Shown: positions 18,807-29,815, numbered from the stretch's first letter. The stretch is DNA of 64,000 bases from an uncultured Gemmatimonadaceae bacterium (GCA_963781585.1 CAWAGQ010000004.1:352001-416000), one strand, 5' to 3'. Numbers and translations: made by a program. Notes: generated by a model from the sequence alone, not told the origin.

Positions 18807-19949
18807 ATGCTGCACTTTCTTCTGACGCCGCTCATTCCGCACTTCTCGGTGCTGCGCCTGATCAACTACATCTCGTTCCGGGCGGCGGCGGCAGCCATGA
18901 CCGCGCTCCTGCTCGCGTTCTTCATCGGACCCTCCATCATTCGGCGGTTGCACACATTGCGGGTGCGGCAGGGCGTTCGTGAAGGGACTCCCGACTCGCA
19001 CCTGTCCAAGGCGGCGACGCCGACCATGGGGGGGCTGATCATCCTGGCGTCGGCGATGCTTGCGGCGCTGCTCTGGACTAGGCTCGACAACCGGTACGTG
19101 CTGGTCGCCGTTCTGGTGACGATCTGGATGGGGGGGATCGGCTTCCTGGACGACTACCTGAAGCTGCGGCAGAAGCGCGAAGGGAAGGAAAACGTCGGGC
19201 TGGTGGAGCGGTACAAGCTGGCGGGCCAGATCACCATCGGCATCATCGTCGGCGTGCTGCTGTGGCTGTGGCCGGTCACCAACCTGCCGGGGGCATCGTC
19301 CACGGTGCCGTTCTTCAAGTACGTTCTGGTCGTGCCGGCGTCGGCGGCCCTGGCCTGGCTGTACGTGCCGTGGGTGACGTTCATCCTGACCGGCACGAGC
19401 AATTCCGTGAACCTCACCGACGGTCTGGACGGACTGGCGGCGGGCCTTGCCGCGATTGCCCTCTCCACGTTCGCGCTGTTCGCCTACGTGATGGGGCGCT
19501 TCGACGCGAGCGCCTATCTCCAGCTCTTCTACCTGCGCGATGCCGGCGAGCTCACCGTATACTGCATGGCCCTGGTGGGGGCGTGTATCGGGTTCCTGTG
19601 GTTCAACGCACACCCGGCGCAGGTCTTCATGGGCGACACCGGAGCGTTGGCGTTAGGCGGTGCGATCGGCGCGGTGGCCCTGCTGCTCAAGAGCGAGTTT
19701 CTGCTGCTGTTCGTCGGGGGCGTGTTCGTGGCCGAAACGGTCTCGGTGATCCTGCAGCGGCTGGTGTTCAAGGTCCGGCGCGCCCGGCGCGGGCTGGAAT
19801 ACGCGCGGGCGAATCGGCTGTTTCGACGGGCCCCGCTCCATCATCATTTCGAGCTTGCCGGTTGGAAGGAGGCGCAGGTGGTCGTACGATTCTGGATCCT
19901 CGGCATTCTCTGCGCGTTCCTGGCGCTGTCCACCCTGAAACTGCGATGA
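18807..19949 (+). CDS. mraY: Phospho-N-acetylmuramoyl-pentapeptide transferase
   Basis: TPTMGG, GFLDD, NSVNLTDGLDGL, FMGDTG, APLHHHFE. Confidence 0.97.
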   Translation: MLHFLLTPLIPHFSVLRLINYISFRAAAAAMTALLLAFFIGPSIIRRLHTLRVRQGVREGTPDSHLSKAATPTMGGLIILASAMLAALLWTRLDNRYVLVAVLVTIWMGGIGFLDDYLKLRQKREGKENVGLVERYKLAGQITIGIIVGVLLWLWPVTNLPGASSTVPFFKYVLVVPASAALAWLYVPWVTFILTGTSNSVNLTDGLDGLAAGLAAIALSTFALFAYVMGRFDASAYLQLFYLRDAGELTVYCMALVGACIGFLWFNAHPAQVFMGDTGALALGGAIGAVALLLKSEFLLLFVGGVFVAETVSVILQRLVFKVRRARRGLEYARANRLFRRAPLHHHFELAGWKEAQVVVRFWILGILCAFLALSTLKLR

Positions 19950-21334
19950 ATCTCGAGGCCTGGAGAAAAGGCGAGGTGGCGGTGGTCGGCCTGGGCCGGA
20001 GCGGCGACGCCGCGGCCCGGCTGCTTCGCGCCTACCACGCGCGCGTGTACGCCTCCGATGTGGCGGCGACGACCGCCACCACCGGCGTGGCGCAGGAGCT
20101 GCGCGGCGTCGGCGTCGACGCGGTCGCGGGCGAGCACGACCTGAACCGGATCCGCCGTGCGTCGCTGGTCGTGGCGAGCCCCGGTATCGCCCCGGATGCG
20201 CCGCCGCTGGCGCTGGCACGCCAGGCCGGGGTCCCGATCGTGAGCGAGATGGAGATCGCCCTGACGGCAATGCCCGACGCCCATTACATCGCGGTCACGG
20301 GCACCAACGGGAAGTCGACGGTGACCGCCCTCATCGGGCACCTCCTGACCGGACTCGGACATGACGCTGCGGTAGCCGGCAACATCGGACGGCCGCTGGC
20401 CGACGTGGCGCTCCGGTCGCAACGCCCGGCGTGGATCGCCGTCGAGGTGTCGTCCTATCAGCTGCACGATACGCCGAGCCTCGCGCCGGCCGTTGGCGTG
20501 CTCACGAACCTTGCTCCCGACCACCTCGACCGCTACGCCAGCACCGACGCCTACTACGCCGACAAACGTCTGCTCTTCCGCAACGCCACTGCGGCGTCGA
20601 GCTGGGTCGTGAACGTGGACGACGATGAGGCGATGCGGCTGGCCACAACGGCCAGCGGCATGGTCTACCGCTTCAGCGCCGAGGGCCAGCTGGCGGACGC
20701 GTTCTACGACCGCGCCCACGACCGTCTGATCCTGCAGGACGAGCCGCTGCTGAAGCGCTCCGAGTTTCCCCTGCTGGGACTGCATAACGTGGGGAACGCC
20801 CTGGCGGCCGCGCTCGCGGTGGCCCTGGCGCATCCGTCGCATACGTCGCTCGAGGCACGCGGCCGGATGGCCGACGCCCTCCGCTCCGCGCCCGCGTTGC
20901 CGCACCGTCTCGAGATGGTGGGCGAATTCGACGGGGTCCTGTGGATCGATGATTCGAAGGCGACCAACGTCGCGTCGGCGCGGGTAGGCATCGATGCGAT
21001 GACACGGCCCACGATTCTGCTGCTGGGCGGGCGCCACAAGGGGGAACCGTATTCGGCGCTGGTGGAGCCGATCCGGCGGCACTGCCGCAGTGTGCTCGCG
21101 TACGGCGAGGCGGCGGAGCTCATTCAGCGCGATCTCTCGGCGGCGGTGCCGGTGCAGCGCGTCCAGGGGAGCTTCGCGGAGGTGGTGGCACGCGCGCGGG
21201 CGCTGGCGCACGCCGGCGACTGCGTCCTGCTGTCGCCGGCGTGCGCCAGCTTCGACATGTTCGCCGACTACGAGGAGCGGGGTGAGCTGTTTACGCGCCT
21301 GGCGCGCGCTGACGACCCGCGGAGCGACGGGTGA
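19946..21334 (+). CDS. murD: UDP-MurNAc-L-Ala:D-Glu ligase
   Basis: GLGRSG, TGTNGKST, EVSSYQL, DHLDRY, DDSKATN, LLSPACASFDMF. Confidence 0.96.
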   Translation: MNLEAWRKGEVAVVGLGRSGDAAARLLRAYHARVYASDVAATTATTGVAQELRGVGVDAVAGEHDLNRIRRASLVVASPGIAPDAPPLALARQAGVPIVSEMEIALTAMPDAHYIAVTGTNGKSTVTALIGHLLTGLGHDAAVAGNIGRPLADVALRSQRPAWIAVEVSSYQLHDTPSLAPAVGVLTNLAPDHLDRYASTDAYYADKRLLFRNATAASSWVVNVDDDEAMRLATTASGMVYRFSAEGQLADAFYDRAHDRLILQDEPLLKRSEFPLLGLHNVGNALAAALAVALAHPSHTSLEARGRMADALRSAPALPHRLEMVGEFDGVLWIDDSKATNVASARVGIDAMTRPTILLLGGRHKGEPYSALVEPIRRHCRSVLAYGEAAELIQRDLSAAVPVQRVQGSFAEVVARARALAHAGDCVLLSPACASFDMFADYEERGELFTRLARADDPRSDG

Positions 21335-22509
21335 CGGCGGCGCCGGCATCCGCCGCAACGCGCGAGCGATGGGCGATGAGCGCCGAAGCGCGCGCGCTGG
21401 TGTTGTGCATGAGCGCGCTGGTGGCGTTCGGGCTGGCGACGCTGTACAGCGCGAGTGCGCTCGTCGCCACCCAGCAGGGGCATGCGAGCTGGTATTACGC
21501 CTGGCGTCAGGCGGCCGGGGTGCTGGTGGGGCTGGTCCTGTTCGCGGTGGCCGCCAAGGTGGACGCCGCGAAGCTGCAGCGGCTGGCGTGGCCGCTGATG
21601 CTGGTGACGATCGTGCTGATGCTGGCCACGGTGCTGCCGTTCACCGAACGGATCGCGCCACGGATTCACGGGTCGCGCCGCTTCATCCTCGGGACGTCGC
21701 TGCAGCCGTCGGAGCTCGGGAAGCTGGCGGTGGTGGTCTGGACGGCGATGCTGATGGTGAAGAAGGGTGAGCAGATGCGCCGCCTGACGAAGGGCCTGCT
21801 GCCCATCCTGCTGGTGGTGGGGCTGCTCGACGTGTTCGCGGTCCTCGAGCCGGACCTGTCGGTGGCGATGATGTACACGCTCCTGATGGCGATCGTGCTG
21901 TTCTCGGGCGGCGTGCGGATCGGACATTTCGTGGCGCTCGGCGTGCTCAGCGTCCCGGTGCTGTGGCAGCAGCTCCTGAAGCTGCAGTACGCGCTGCTGC
22001 GGGTGCTGACGTTCCTGGATCCGGGAGGCGCCCCGCAGCCGCGGAGCTGGCAGTTGACGCAGTCCCTGATCGCCGTGGGGTCGGGTGGTGCCGTAGGGCG
22101 GGGCTTCGGGAACGGGCGCCAGCAGTACGGCTTCGTCCCGTTAGGCTACAACGACTTCATCGCCAGCACGATCGGTGAGGAGTGGGGGTTCCTGGGGATG
22201 GCGCTGGTGGTGGCGGCGTTTGCGGCCTACGCCTATCTCGGGATGCGGATCGCGCGCAAGGCGCGGACGCCGTTTCTGCAGCTGGTGGCGGTGGGTCTGA
22301 CGCTGACCACCGTGATCACGGCGTATCTGCATATCGGGGTGGTCATCGGGCTGCTGCCGACCACCGGCCTCACGCTGCCGTTCGTCTCGTACGGCCGCAC
22401 GAACCTGCTGCTCACGTTCGTGATGACCGGCATCCTGGTCAACATCGGCAGCGAACGCGAGCGGGTGTTTGGCGCCGCGGCCACGAATCCACTCACCGTT
22501 CCGGCGTAG
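21331..22509 (+). CDS. ftsW: SEDS peptidoglycan polymerase FtsW
   Basis: Multi-TM protein with LQPSELGK, EPDL, GEEWGF, TGLTLPFVSYG. Confidence 0.93.
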   Translation: MTAAPASAATRERWAMSAEARALVLCMSALVAFGLATLYSASALVATQQGHASWYYAWRQAAGVLVGLVLFAVAAKVDAAKLQRLAWPLMLVTIVLMLATVLPFTERIAPRIHGSRRFILGTSLQPSELGKLAVVVWTAMLMVKKGEQMRRLTKGLLPILLVVGLLDVFAVLEPDLSVAMMYTLLMAIVLFSGGVRIGHFVALGVLSVPVLWQQLLKLQYALLRVLTFLDPGGAPQPRSWQLTQSLIAVGSGGAVGRGFGNGRQQYGFVPLGYNDFIASTIGEEWGFLGMALVVAAFAAYAYLGMRIARKARTPFLQLVAVGLTLTTVITAYLHIGVVIGLLPTTGLTLPFVSYGRTNLLLTFVMTGILVNIGSERERVFGAAATNPLTVPA

Positions 22510-23612
22510 TGCTGGTCGTCTTCACGGGCGGCGGAACGGGCGGCCACCTCTATCCGGCGCTGGCGATCGCGCGCGCCCTGCGCGCGGTGCGGCCGGGTGT
22601 CGACGTGATGTTCGTGGGAGCGCGGCGCGGCATCGAGCAGCACATCCTGCCGGCCACCGAGTTTCCACACGTCCTGCTCGATCTTCACCCGTATTACCGC
22701 AGCGCCCCGTGGCGCAACTGGCGCACGCTCCGCGGACTGGCGGGATCGTGGCGCACGTTAGGCACGCTGTTCGCCGAACGACCCCCGGCGCTGGTGGTGG
22801 GGACAGGGGGGTATGCCTCATCGGCGACGCTGGCGTGGTGCGCCGCCCACCGCCGACCGTACGTGCTGCAGGAACAGAACAGTTTTCCCGGGCGAACCAT
22901 CCGGTTGTTCAGTCGCGGGGCCCGCGAGATCTACCTGGGCTTTCCCGAGTGCGTCCCGCGGCTGCCGGCGACCGCGCGAGCCAGGGCGGTTGCAACCGGA
23001 AACCCGGTACAGCCACCGCCCGATCCGCGACCGCCCGGCGGCGACGCCCGCCGACACTGGGGGTTTCCCGGGACGAGCGGGCGCGTGCTGCTGGTGTTCG
23101 GCGGAAGTCAGGGGTCGGCGGCGATCAATGCGCGCGTGGACGCGTGGCTGGCGCGGGGTCTCCCCGCGGATGTGTACGTGATCTGGGCGACCGGCATCAG
23201 TCATTTTGCGCAGTACGCCCAACGGGCGTCTCCGCAGGTCGTCGTGCGCGAGTACCTGTCGCCGATTGCCGAGGCGTACGCCGCGTGCGACCTGGCGCTG
23301 ACGCGCGCCGGTGCCATGACCACCGCGGAACTGTGCGCCTGGGCGATTCCCGCGCTGCTGATTCCCCTTCCGACGGCGGCCGCCGACCATCAGACGGCGA
23401 ACGCGCGCTCGCTGGCAGCGGCCGGCGCGGCGCGGTGGCTGGCCGAACGCGACGCGACGCCCGAGCGTCTCGGGGACGAGTTGCAGGCGCTGCTGGGCGA
23501 CCCCGCGGCCCTGGAGTCGCTCGCCGCGGGCGCGCGTGCGCGTGCGCGCCCCGATGCGGCGCATCAGATCGCGACGCGGATCGCCGCGCTGCTCGACCAG
23601 GTGGCCGCCTGA
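22509..23612 (+). CDS. murG: Undecaprenyl-PP-MurNAc-pentapeptide GlcNAc transferase
   Basis: GGGTGGHLYP, GTGGY, QEQN, GNPV, GGSQGS, RAGA, HQTANA. Confidence 0.96.
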   Translation: MLVVFTGGGTGGHLYPALAIARALRAVRPGVDVMFVGARRGIEQHILPATEFPHVLLDLHPYYRSAPWRNWRTLRGLAGSWRTLGTLFAERPPALVVGTGGYASSATLAWCAAHRRPYVLQEQNSFPGRTIRLFSRGAREIYLGFPECVPRLPATARARAVATGNPVQPPPDPRPPGGDARRHWGFPGTSGRVLLVFGGSQGSAAINARVDAWLARGLPADVYVIWATGISHFAQYAQRASPQVVVREYLSPIAEAYAACDLALTRAGAMTTAELCAWAIPALLIPLPTAAADHQTANARSLAAAGAARWLAERDATPERLGDELQALLGDPAALESLAAGARARARPDAAHQIATRIAALLDQVAA

Positions 23613-25006
23613 TGCGGGTGGATGGCTCGGACCCGCGACCCGTGCACTTCATGGGGATCGGCGGCGCCGGCATGAGCGCGCTGGCCGAACTGTTCGTCCG
23701 GCGCGGCGCAACCGTCACGGGATGCGACGTCGCCGCGATCGAGCTGGAGGACCTGCGACGTCTGGGCATCCCGGTGGCCGCGGGTCATGATCCCGCGCAC
23801 GTGGAATCCGCTTCGGCGGGAGCGCGGCCGCGCGCGCTGGTGGTGACGTCGGCGATTCCGCACGATCACCCCGAAGTGACGCGCGCGCGGGAACTCGGCG
23901 TCGAAGTCGTCAGGCGCGCGGAAGCGCTGGGCGCCGCGGTGCAGAACGGGACCGTGGTGGCCGTGGCGGGCACGCACGGCAAGACCACCACCACGGTCAT
24001 GGCGACCGAAGCGCTGGCGGCCGCGGGGCGCGACCCGACCGGTGTGGCGGGCGGCCGGGTAGCTGCCTGGCGCGGAAACCTGCGCCTGGGTGGCGAGAGC
24101 CTGTTCGTGGTAGAAGCGGACGAGTACGACCGCTCATTTCTCGCGCTCACGCCGACGGTGGCCGTGGTCACCAATGTCGAAGCCGATCATCTCGACATCT
24201 ATGCCGACCTCGAAGAAATCGGTCGCGCGTTCGAGCGCTTCGTGGCACCCGCGCGCACGGTGATTCTGTGCGCCGATGATCCGGGCGCCGCCGGATTGCG
24301 GGTCGGCAGCACCGCCGAGGTCCTTCGCTACGGCATCACGTCGGCCGACGCGCGGTTGACCGCCGGCGAGATCATGAGCGTCGAGGGCCGACTGAGGGTG
24401 CTGGTGGAACTCGATGGTGAGGCGGTGGGCGAACTGGCGCTGCAGGTGCCGGGGGTGCACAACGTGCGGAACGCGCTCGCCGCGCTCGCGAGCGGACTGG
24501 CGCTGGGCGCCTCGTTCGAGGAGATGCGGCCGGGGCTCGAGCGATTCGAGGGGGTCGAGCGGCGATTTCAGCGCCTGGGGTCGGTGCGGGGAGTGGAAGT
24601 GGTGGACGACTACGCGCACCATCCGACCGAGATCCTGGCGACGCTCGACGCGGCACGGGCGACATTCCCGGGCCGACGCCTGGTGGTCGCATTTCAGCCG
24701 CACCTGTTCTCGCGCACCCGCGACTTCGCGGCGCAGTTCGGCGATGCGCTGGCGCGCGCTGATGTCGTGTTTCTGACGGAGATCTACCGCGCGCGGGAGC
24801 AGCCGCTGCCCGGCGTGACGTCGGCACTGGTCGACCGCGCGGTGCGCACGGCCGGCGGCACGGTCGCCTGGCGTGGCGAGCGCGCCGGGCTGGCCGACGC
24901 GCTGGCCGCCGCGGCGCGGGACGGAGACGTGATCCTGACGTTAGGCGCGGGCGACATCACGCGCACCGGGGCGGAAGTGCTCCGCCGGCTGGCCGAGGCG
25001 CAGTGA
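23612..25006 (+). CDS. murC: UDP-MurNAc:L-Ala ligase
   Basis: HFMGIGGAGMS, AGTHGKTTT, EADEYD, DDYAHHPTE, FQPH. Confidence 0.96.
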   Translation: MRVDGSDPRPVHFMGIGGAGMSALAELFVRRGATVTGCDVAAIELEDLRRLGIPVAAGHDPAHVESASAGARPRALVVTSAIPHDHPEVTRARELGVEVVRRAEALGAAVQNGTVVAVAGTHGKTTTTVMATEALAAAGRDPTGVAGGRVAAWRGNLRLGGESLFVVEADEYDRSFLALTPTVAVVTNVEADHLDIYADLEEIGRAFERFVAPARTVILCADDPGAAGLRVGSTAEVLRYGITSADARLTAGEIMSVEGRLRVLVELDGEAVGELALQVPGVHNVRNALAALASGLALGASFEEMRPGLERFEGVERRFQRLGSVRGVEVVDDYAHHPTEILATLDAARATFPGRRLVVAFQPHLFSRTRDFAAQFGDALARADVVFLTEIYRAREQPLPGVTSALVDRAVRTAGGTVAWRGERAGLADALAAAARDGDVILTLGAGDITRTGAEVLRRLAEAQ

Positions 25007-25710
25007 GCGGCGACCAGGCGGCAACCGGCAGGCGGCCCCACTGGCGGCGACGGCTGATCGCCGCGGCGGTGATGATCGCACTGCTCGCACCCTGGTGGGC
25101 GCCGCCGGCCCTGCGGCCGCTGACCTTCTTCCGCGTCCGCCACGTGGAGGTGCGCGGGTGGCACTATTCCTCGCCCGAACAGGTGATGACCCGCCTCGGG
25201 CTCGATTCGACGTTCTCGATCTGGAACGACCTTGGGCCGCTCGCGGCTCGCGTGCTGGCCGATTCGGAGATTCGCGACGTGCACATCACCCGCCGGCTTC
25301 CGTCCACCCTGGTGCTGACGGTGGTGGAGCGCGATCCGGTCGCACTGGTGCCGTCGACCGCGGGCTTCCGCGTGTACGACGCGTCCGGCGACCGGTTGCC
25401 GATCGATCCAACGCGTGCCGCAGTGGATCTTCCCATCCTCGCGCAGCGCGACACGGCGCTCCTGCGCCTGCTCGGCGAACTCAAGGCAGGTGATCCGCGT
25501 TTCTACGCCCGCATCAGCGAAGTACGCCGCGTGGGCGAGGAGGGTCTGGTTCTGAGACTGTCCCACCTCACCGTGCGCACCGCCGCCGACGTCAGCGTGG
25601 AGCGGCTCGCGCAGATATCTTCTGTGGAGCAGGACCTGGCGCGACGACACGCGCGCGTGTCCGAGCTCGACCTCCGCTTCAAAGACCAGATCATCGCCCG
25701 ACTGCAATGA
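25003..25710 (+). CDS. ftsQ: Cell division protein FtsQ/DivIB
   Basis: TM, POTRA-like region (RRLPSTLVLTVVER) and C-terminal LDLRFKDQII. Located before ftsA. Confidence 0.85.
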   Translation: MSGDQAATGRRPHWRRRLIAAAVMIALLAPWWAPPALRPLTFFRVRHVEVRGWHYSSPEQVMTRLGLDSTFSIWNDLGPLAARVLADSEIRDVHITRRLPSTLVLTVVERDPVALVPSTAGFRVYDASGDRLPIDPTRAAVDLPILAQRDTALLRLLGELKAGDPRFYARISEVRRVGEEGLVLRLSHLTVRTAADVSVERLAQISSVEQDLARRHARVSELDLRFKDQIIARLQ

Positions 25711-26966
25711 ACGTCGAACGTCTCGTGGCCGGACTCGATATCGGCTCGGCCAAGACTACCGCCATCATCGCCGAGGTCGTGGGCGAGCTGCCCCGTCACC
25801 CCGGCATCAAGGTGCTCGGCGTTGGACAGGCGCGCACCACCGGGCTGCGGCGCGGGGTGGTGGCGGACATCGAGGAAGCGACCGGCTCCATTCGCAAGGC
25901 GCTCACCGACGCCGAGCGCATGTCGGGGGCCAAGGTCGATCACCTCTACACCGGCATCGCGGGCGAACACATGGAAGCGATGATCTCGAAGGGGATCGTC
26001 GTGGTGAGCGGGAGCGAGATCACGCGCGCCGATGTGGACCGCGTGAACGCGGTGGCGCGAACCCAGGATGTGCCTCAGGACCGGGAGCTGCTGCACGCCA
26101 TTCCGCAGGAGTACACGGTCGACCGGCAGGAAGGGATCCGCGATCCGGTGGGCATGGTGGGGACCCGGCTGGAGACCGAGATGTATCTGGTCACGATCGG
26201 GAGTTCGCCTTCGGTGAACCTGCGCCGCGCGGTGGAGCGCGCCGGCTACAAGGTGCAGGAACTGGTGCTGGAGCCGCTGGCGAGTGCCCTCGCCGTGCTG
26301 ACCGAAGAAGAGAAGGAGCTGGGTGTCGCACTGATCGAGATGGGCGCGGGCACCACCGACGTGGCGGTGTTTCACGAAGGGAAGATCCGCCACCTCGGGT
26401 CGATCACCTTTGGCGGGAGCAACGTCACCAACGATATCGTGCACGGCCTCGGACTCACACAGGCGGACGCCGAGCGGCTGAAAGAACGATATGGCTGCGC
26501 ATACGAGCCGATGGTGGACCGGGCCGACTCGCTGACGCTCCCCGGCACGATGGCACAAGGGGAGCGGCACATCTCGCGTGATCTGCTGGCGCACATCATT
26601 CACCAGCGCATGGACGAGATCTTCGATCTCGTGCTCCGCGACGTGCAGTCGTCGGGGTACCTGAACAAGCTGGCCGCCGGTGTGGTGCTCACCGGCGGCG
26701 CGGCGGCGCTGCCCGGCATGACCGAACTGGCCGCGGACATTTTCGGGTCCGGTGTGCGCACCGGGGCCCCCAAGGAGAACCTCAGCGGGTTGAACGACGC
26801 CGTCGAGGCTCCCCGATTCGCGACGGCAGTCGGGCTCGCGCTCTACGCCGCTAACCGCTACGCCATCGGCGCAGGCGCGCCCGCGTCACGCAAGCTGCAG
26901 CTGAATGCGCCGGGCATGGACAAGCTGGCGCAGCGCGTGAAGACCTGGCTGCAGGATTTCTTCTGA
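25707..26966 (+). CDS. ftsA: Cell division protein FtsA
   Basis: GLDIGSAK, EMGAGTT, GGSNVTNDI, VLTGGAA, C-terminal amphipathic helix KTWLQDFF. Confidence 0.97.
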   Translation: MNVERLVAGLDIGSAKTTAIIAEVVGELPRHPGIKVLGVGQARTTGLRRGVVADIEEATGSIRKALTDAERMSGAKVDHLYTGIAGEHMEAMISKGIVVVSGSEITRADVDRVNAVARTQDVPQDRELLHAIPQEYTVDRQEGIRDPVGMVGTRLETEMYLVTIGSSPSVNLRRAVERAGYKVQELVLEPLASALAVLTEEEKELGVALIEMGAGTTDVAVFHEGKIRHLGSITFGGSNVTNDIVHGLGLTQADAERLKERYGCAYEPMVDRADSLTLPGTMAQGERHISRDLLAHIIHQRMDEIFDLVLRDVQSSGYLNKLAAGVVLTGGAAALPGMTELAADIFGSGVRTGAPKENLSGLNDAVEAPRFATAVGLALYAANRYAIGAGAPASRKLQLNAPGMDKLAQRVKTWLQDFF

Positions 26967-27080
26967 TCGGTCAGGAAGAGCGTTCGCGCCACTGCCGACG
27001 TCCGGGACCCGCGAGAACGGCGCGGGAGGAGCGCCTTCCGGGGGGTCTTCAACATCACACATCTGCGATGTGCAGAGGAA

Positions 27081-27156
27081 TGTGGAAAAGTGGAATGTGG
27101 ATAAGCGATTGCGCGCGCGGTCGTTAAGTCGTCTGTTCCCTGTAGCCTGTTGAAAA
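27081..27156. promoter_or_regulatory. DnaA-box-like sites upstream of ftsZ
   Basis: TGTGGAAAA (27081-27089), TGTGGATAA (27096-27104, exact reverse complement of TTATCCACA) and TGTTGAAAA (27148-27156), all in the same orientation. Confidence 0.55.
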
Positions 27157-27301
27157 AAACGGTATATATTGGTCGCGGTTTTTCGCCGTGGAGGGCGGGC
27201 GCGACGGAGCCTGGGGCTCCATGTCGCACGGCAGCGCGCCCGCTCTCCATCGCAAGCGGTTCCCCTCCGACCTTCTTCCGAGCACTGGAGTCGCGCGCGC
27301 A

Positions 27302-28513
27302 ATGATCTTCGAGTTCGAAGAGTCCCCGTCTCAGAACGCCCGGATGAAGGTGACGGGCGTGGGTGGAGGCGGCGGCAACGCCGTCAACCGCATGATCGAT
27401 GAACACCTCGAGGGTGTGGAGTTCATCTCGATCAACACCGATGCCCAGGCATTGCTCGCGTCCAAGTCGGACGTGAAGATTCAGATCGGCAAGAAACTGA
27501 CGCGGGGGCTGGGGGCCGGGGCGCGACCCGAGATCGGCCGGCAGGCGATCGAGGAGAATCGCGACGAGGTGTCCCGGGCCCTGGCTGGGGCGGATCTCGT
27601 CTTCGTGACCTGCGGGATGGGTGGCGGGACCGGGACCGGTGCGGCGCCGACGATTGCCCAGCTGGCGAAGGAGGTGGGCGCGCTGACCGTCGGAATTGTG
27701 ACGAAGCCCTTCCTTTTCGAGGGGCGGAAGCGGATGCGGCAGGCTGATCAGGGGATTATGGAGCTGCGGCAACATGTGGACACCATGATCGTCGTACCAA
27801 ATGAGCGGTTGCTGGCGGTTGTGGGAAAGGGTATTCCATTCCAGGATGCGTTGAAGAAAGCGGATGAAGTCCTGTTGCATGCCACCCAGGGCATCTCGAC
27901 CCTCATTTCGAAGACCGGTCTGGTGAACGTCGATTTCGCGGACGTGCGGACAGTGATGCAGGACGGAGGGTCGGCCCTGATGGGAACGGGGATCGGCCGC
28001 GGGGAGAACCGTGCCATGGAGGCGGCGCAGCAGGCGATTTCGAGTCCGCTGCTCGACAACATCTCGGTGGCCGGCTCCACCGGCGTGCTCCTCAACATCA
28101 CCGGCGGGCAGGATCTCACGTTAGGCGAGGTGACGCAGATCAGCGAAATCGTGCACGATGCAGTGGGTGACGATGCCGAGATCATTTTCGGAGCGGTGAA
28201 CGAACCGGCGATGCAGGGCGAGGTGCGGGTGACCGTGATCGCGACCGGATTCGACCGGGAAATCGAGGGAACGCTTGGCCGGGCCGCCCACGGGCGGGTC
28301 ACGGCGACGATCGGCATGGCGGCACAGACGCGCAATGTCATTCCGATCACCCAGCGCGCGCCGCAGCGCGCACCGGCCGTGCCGCGCGTGGCCGGTGCGA
28401 CGACGGCCGAAGGCGGGTCGCGTCGTGTGGTGCCGCCCGCCCAGCCCGCCCGCGCCGAGGCCGAGCTCACGGACATGGACATCCCCACCTTCATTCGGAG
28501 ACAGATGGATTGA
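27302..28513 (+). CDS. ftsZ: Cell division protein FtsZ
   Basis: [18 protein letters not shown] tubulin signature, NVDFAD, C-terminal [13 protein letters not shown] lies upstream of ATG 27302. Confidence 0.98.
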   Translation: MIFEFEESPSQNARMKVTGVGGGGGNAVNRMIDEHLEGVEFISINTDAQALLASKSDVKIQIGKKLTRGLGAGARPEIGRQAIEENRDEVSRALAGADLVFVTCGMGGGTGTGAAPTIAQLAKEVGALTVGIVTKPFLFEGRKRMRQADQGIMELRQHVDTMIVVPNERLLAVVGKGIPFQDALKKADEVLLHATQGISTLISKTGLVNVDFADVRTVMQDGGSALMGTGIGRGENRAMEAAQQAISSPLLDNISVAGSTGVLLNITGGQDLTLGEVTQISEIVHDAVGDDAEIIFGAVNEPAMQGEVRVTVIATGFDREIEGTLGRAAHGRVTATIGMAAQTRNVIPITQRAPQRAPAVPRVAGATTAEGGSRRVVPPAQPARAEAELTDMDIPTFIRRQMD

Positions 28514-29757
28514 AGACGTGGGCCGCCCGTGTCCTGACTTATGGGGTTGTGGGCGGCCTGGCGGCCGCTGCGATCGCGTACACCAAGCCGCTCCCTGAAC
28601 GGACGCCAGCGACGCTGCTCACGGTCGCGCCCGATCCCGACTGGCAGGAGCGGGTGGATTCGGTCGGGCAGGGTGAAACGCTGGGCGAGGTGTTCCAGCG
28701 CGCGGGGCTTTCGATTCCCGCCGGAGACGTGCTGCACGCCGCATCGTCACTCGATCCGCGTCGCATTCGCGCCGGCATGCGGGTCACGTTCGGCGGCCCG
28801 TCGACCGATTCCATGCCGCGTCTGATCACGCTGCGGTTGGCGGTGGATCGCCTGCTGCGCCTGACGAGGACCGACTCGGGGTGGGTGGCCCGGGAGGACA
28901 CCCTGCCATGGCGCACGGACACGCTGGTGGTGCGCGGCGACATCGCGAGCACCCTCTATGACGCGCTCGACTCGGCCGCCAGGGTGCTTCCAGCGGGCGC
29001 GCGGGTCGGTCTGGCGTGGGACGTGGCCGACATTTTCGAGTGGCGGATCGATATGAGCCGCGATCTGCAGGTGGGGGACAGGTTCACGGTGCTGTTCGAG
29101 CGCCAGCAGGGCCCTGATGGCACGGTGCGCACCGGCCGCGTGCTGGCGGCGACGTTCACGAACGGCGGGTCCACCCTCGAGGCGATCCGTCACGAGGAGC
29201 CGGGTGAGCGTCCGCGGTACTACGATCGCGAGGGGAAGTCGCTGGAGGCGAACTTCCTGCGCGCCCCGCTCGAGTTCCGTCGCATTTCCAGCGTGTTCGG
29301 GATGCGCAAGCACCCCATTCTCGGCGTGTGGCGCCAGCATGCGGGGACGGACTACGCGGCCGCTGCCGGCACGCCGGTGCGTGCGATCGGAGACGGTGTC
29401 GTGATCGCCGCCGGAAGGCACGGCGGGTACGGCAACGTGATCGACCTTCGTCACCCCAACGGTTTCGTCACCCGCTATGGTCATCTCCGCGGATTCGCGT
29501 CGGGAATCCACGCCGGAACGCGCGTGGCGATGGGGCAGACCATCGGCTATGTGGGGATGACCGGCCTGGCCACGGCGCCGCATCTGCACTTCGAGGTGCT
29601 GGTGGGAGGCGTGCAGCGCAATCCGCGAACGGCTTTGCTGGGGCGCAGCGGCGCGCCGATTCCGGCGTCCGAGCGAACGGCGTTCGAGCACGACCGGGCG
29701 ATCTACCTGGCGTTGCTCGACGCCGGCACCACGACCCGGCTCGCCGACAACAACTGA
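28510..29757 (+). CDS. M23 family peptidoglycan DD-endopeptidase (MepM/Csd-like)
   Basis: HAGTDY (HxxxD), GGYGN, YGHL, PHLHFE, with an N-terminal anchor. Confidence 0.9.
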   Translation: MKTWAARVLTYGVVGGLAAAAIAYTKPLPERTPATLLTVAPDPDWQERVDSVGQGETLGEVFQRAGLSIPAGDVLHAASSLDPRRIRAGMRVTFGGPSTDSMPRLITLRLAVDRLLRLTRTDSGWVAREDTLPWRTDTLVVRGDIASTLYDALDSAARVLPAGARVGLAWDVADIFEWRIDMSRDLQVGDRFTVLFERQQGPDGTVRTGRVLAATFTNGGSTLEAIRHEEPGERPRYYDREGKSLEANFLRAPLEFRRISSVFGMRKHPILGVWRQHAGTDYAAAAGTPVRAIGDGVVIAAGRHGGYGNVIDLRHPNGFVTRYGHLRGFASGIHAGTRVAMGQTIGYVGMTGLATAPHLHFEVLVGGVQRNPRTALLGRSGAPIPASERTAFEHDRAIYLALLDAGTTTRLADNN

Positions 29758-29815
29758 TCGATCGCGTCGCGCGCGCGACCGCGGGGTGCTCCGGATCGCC
29801 CGCTAGATTGCGCGC

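Noticed and set aside
27077..27104. GTGGA repeats as MraZ boxes
   Set aside because: Spacing is 7-8 nt rather than the roughly 10-nt period of MraZ sites, and they fit DnaA boxes better.
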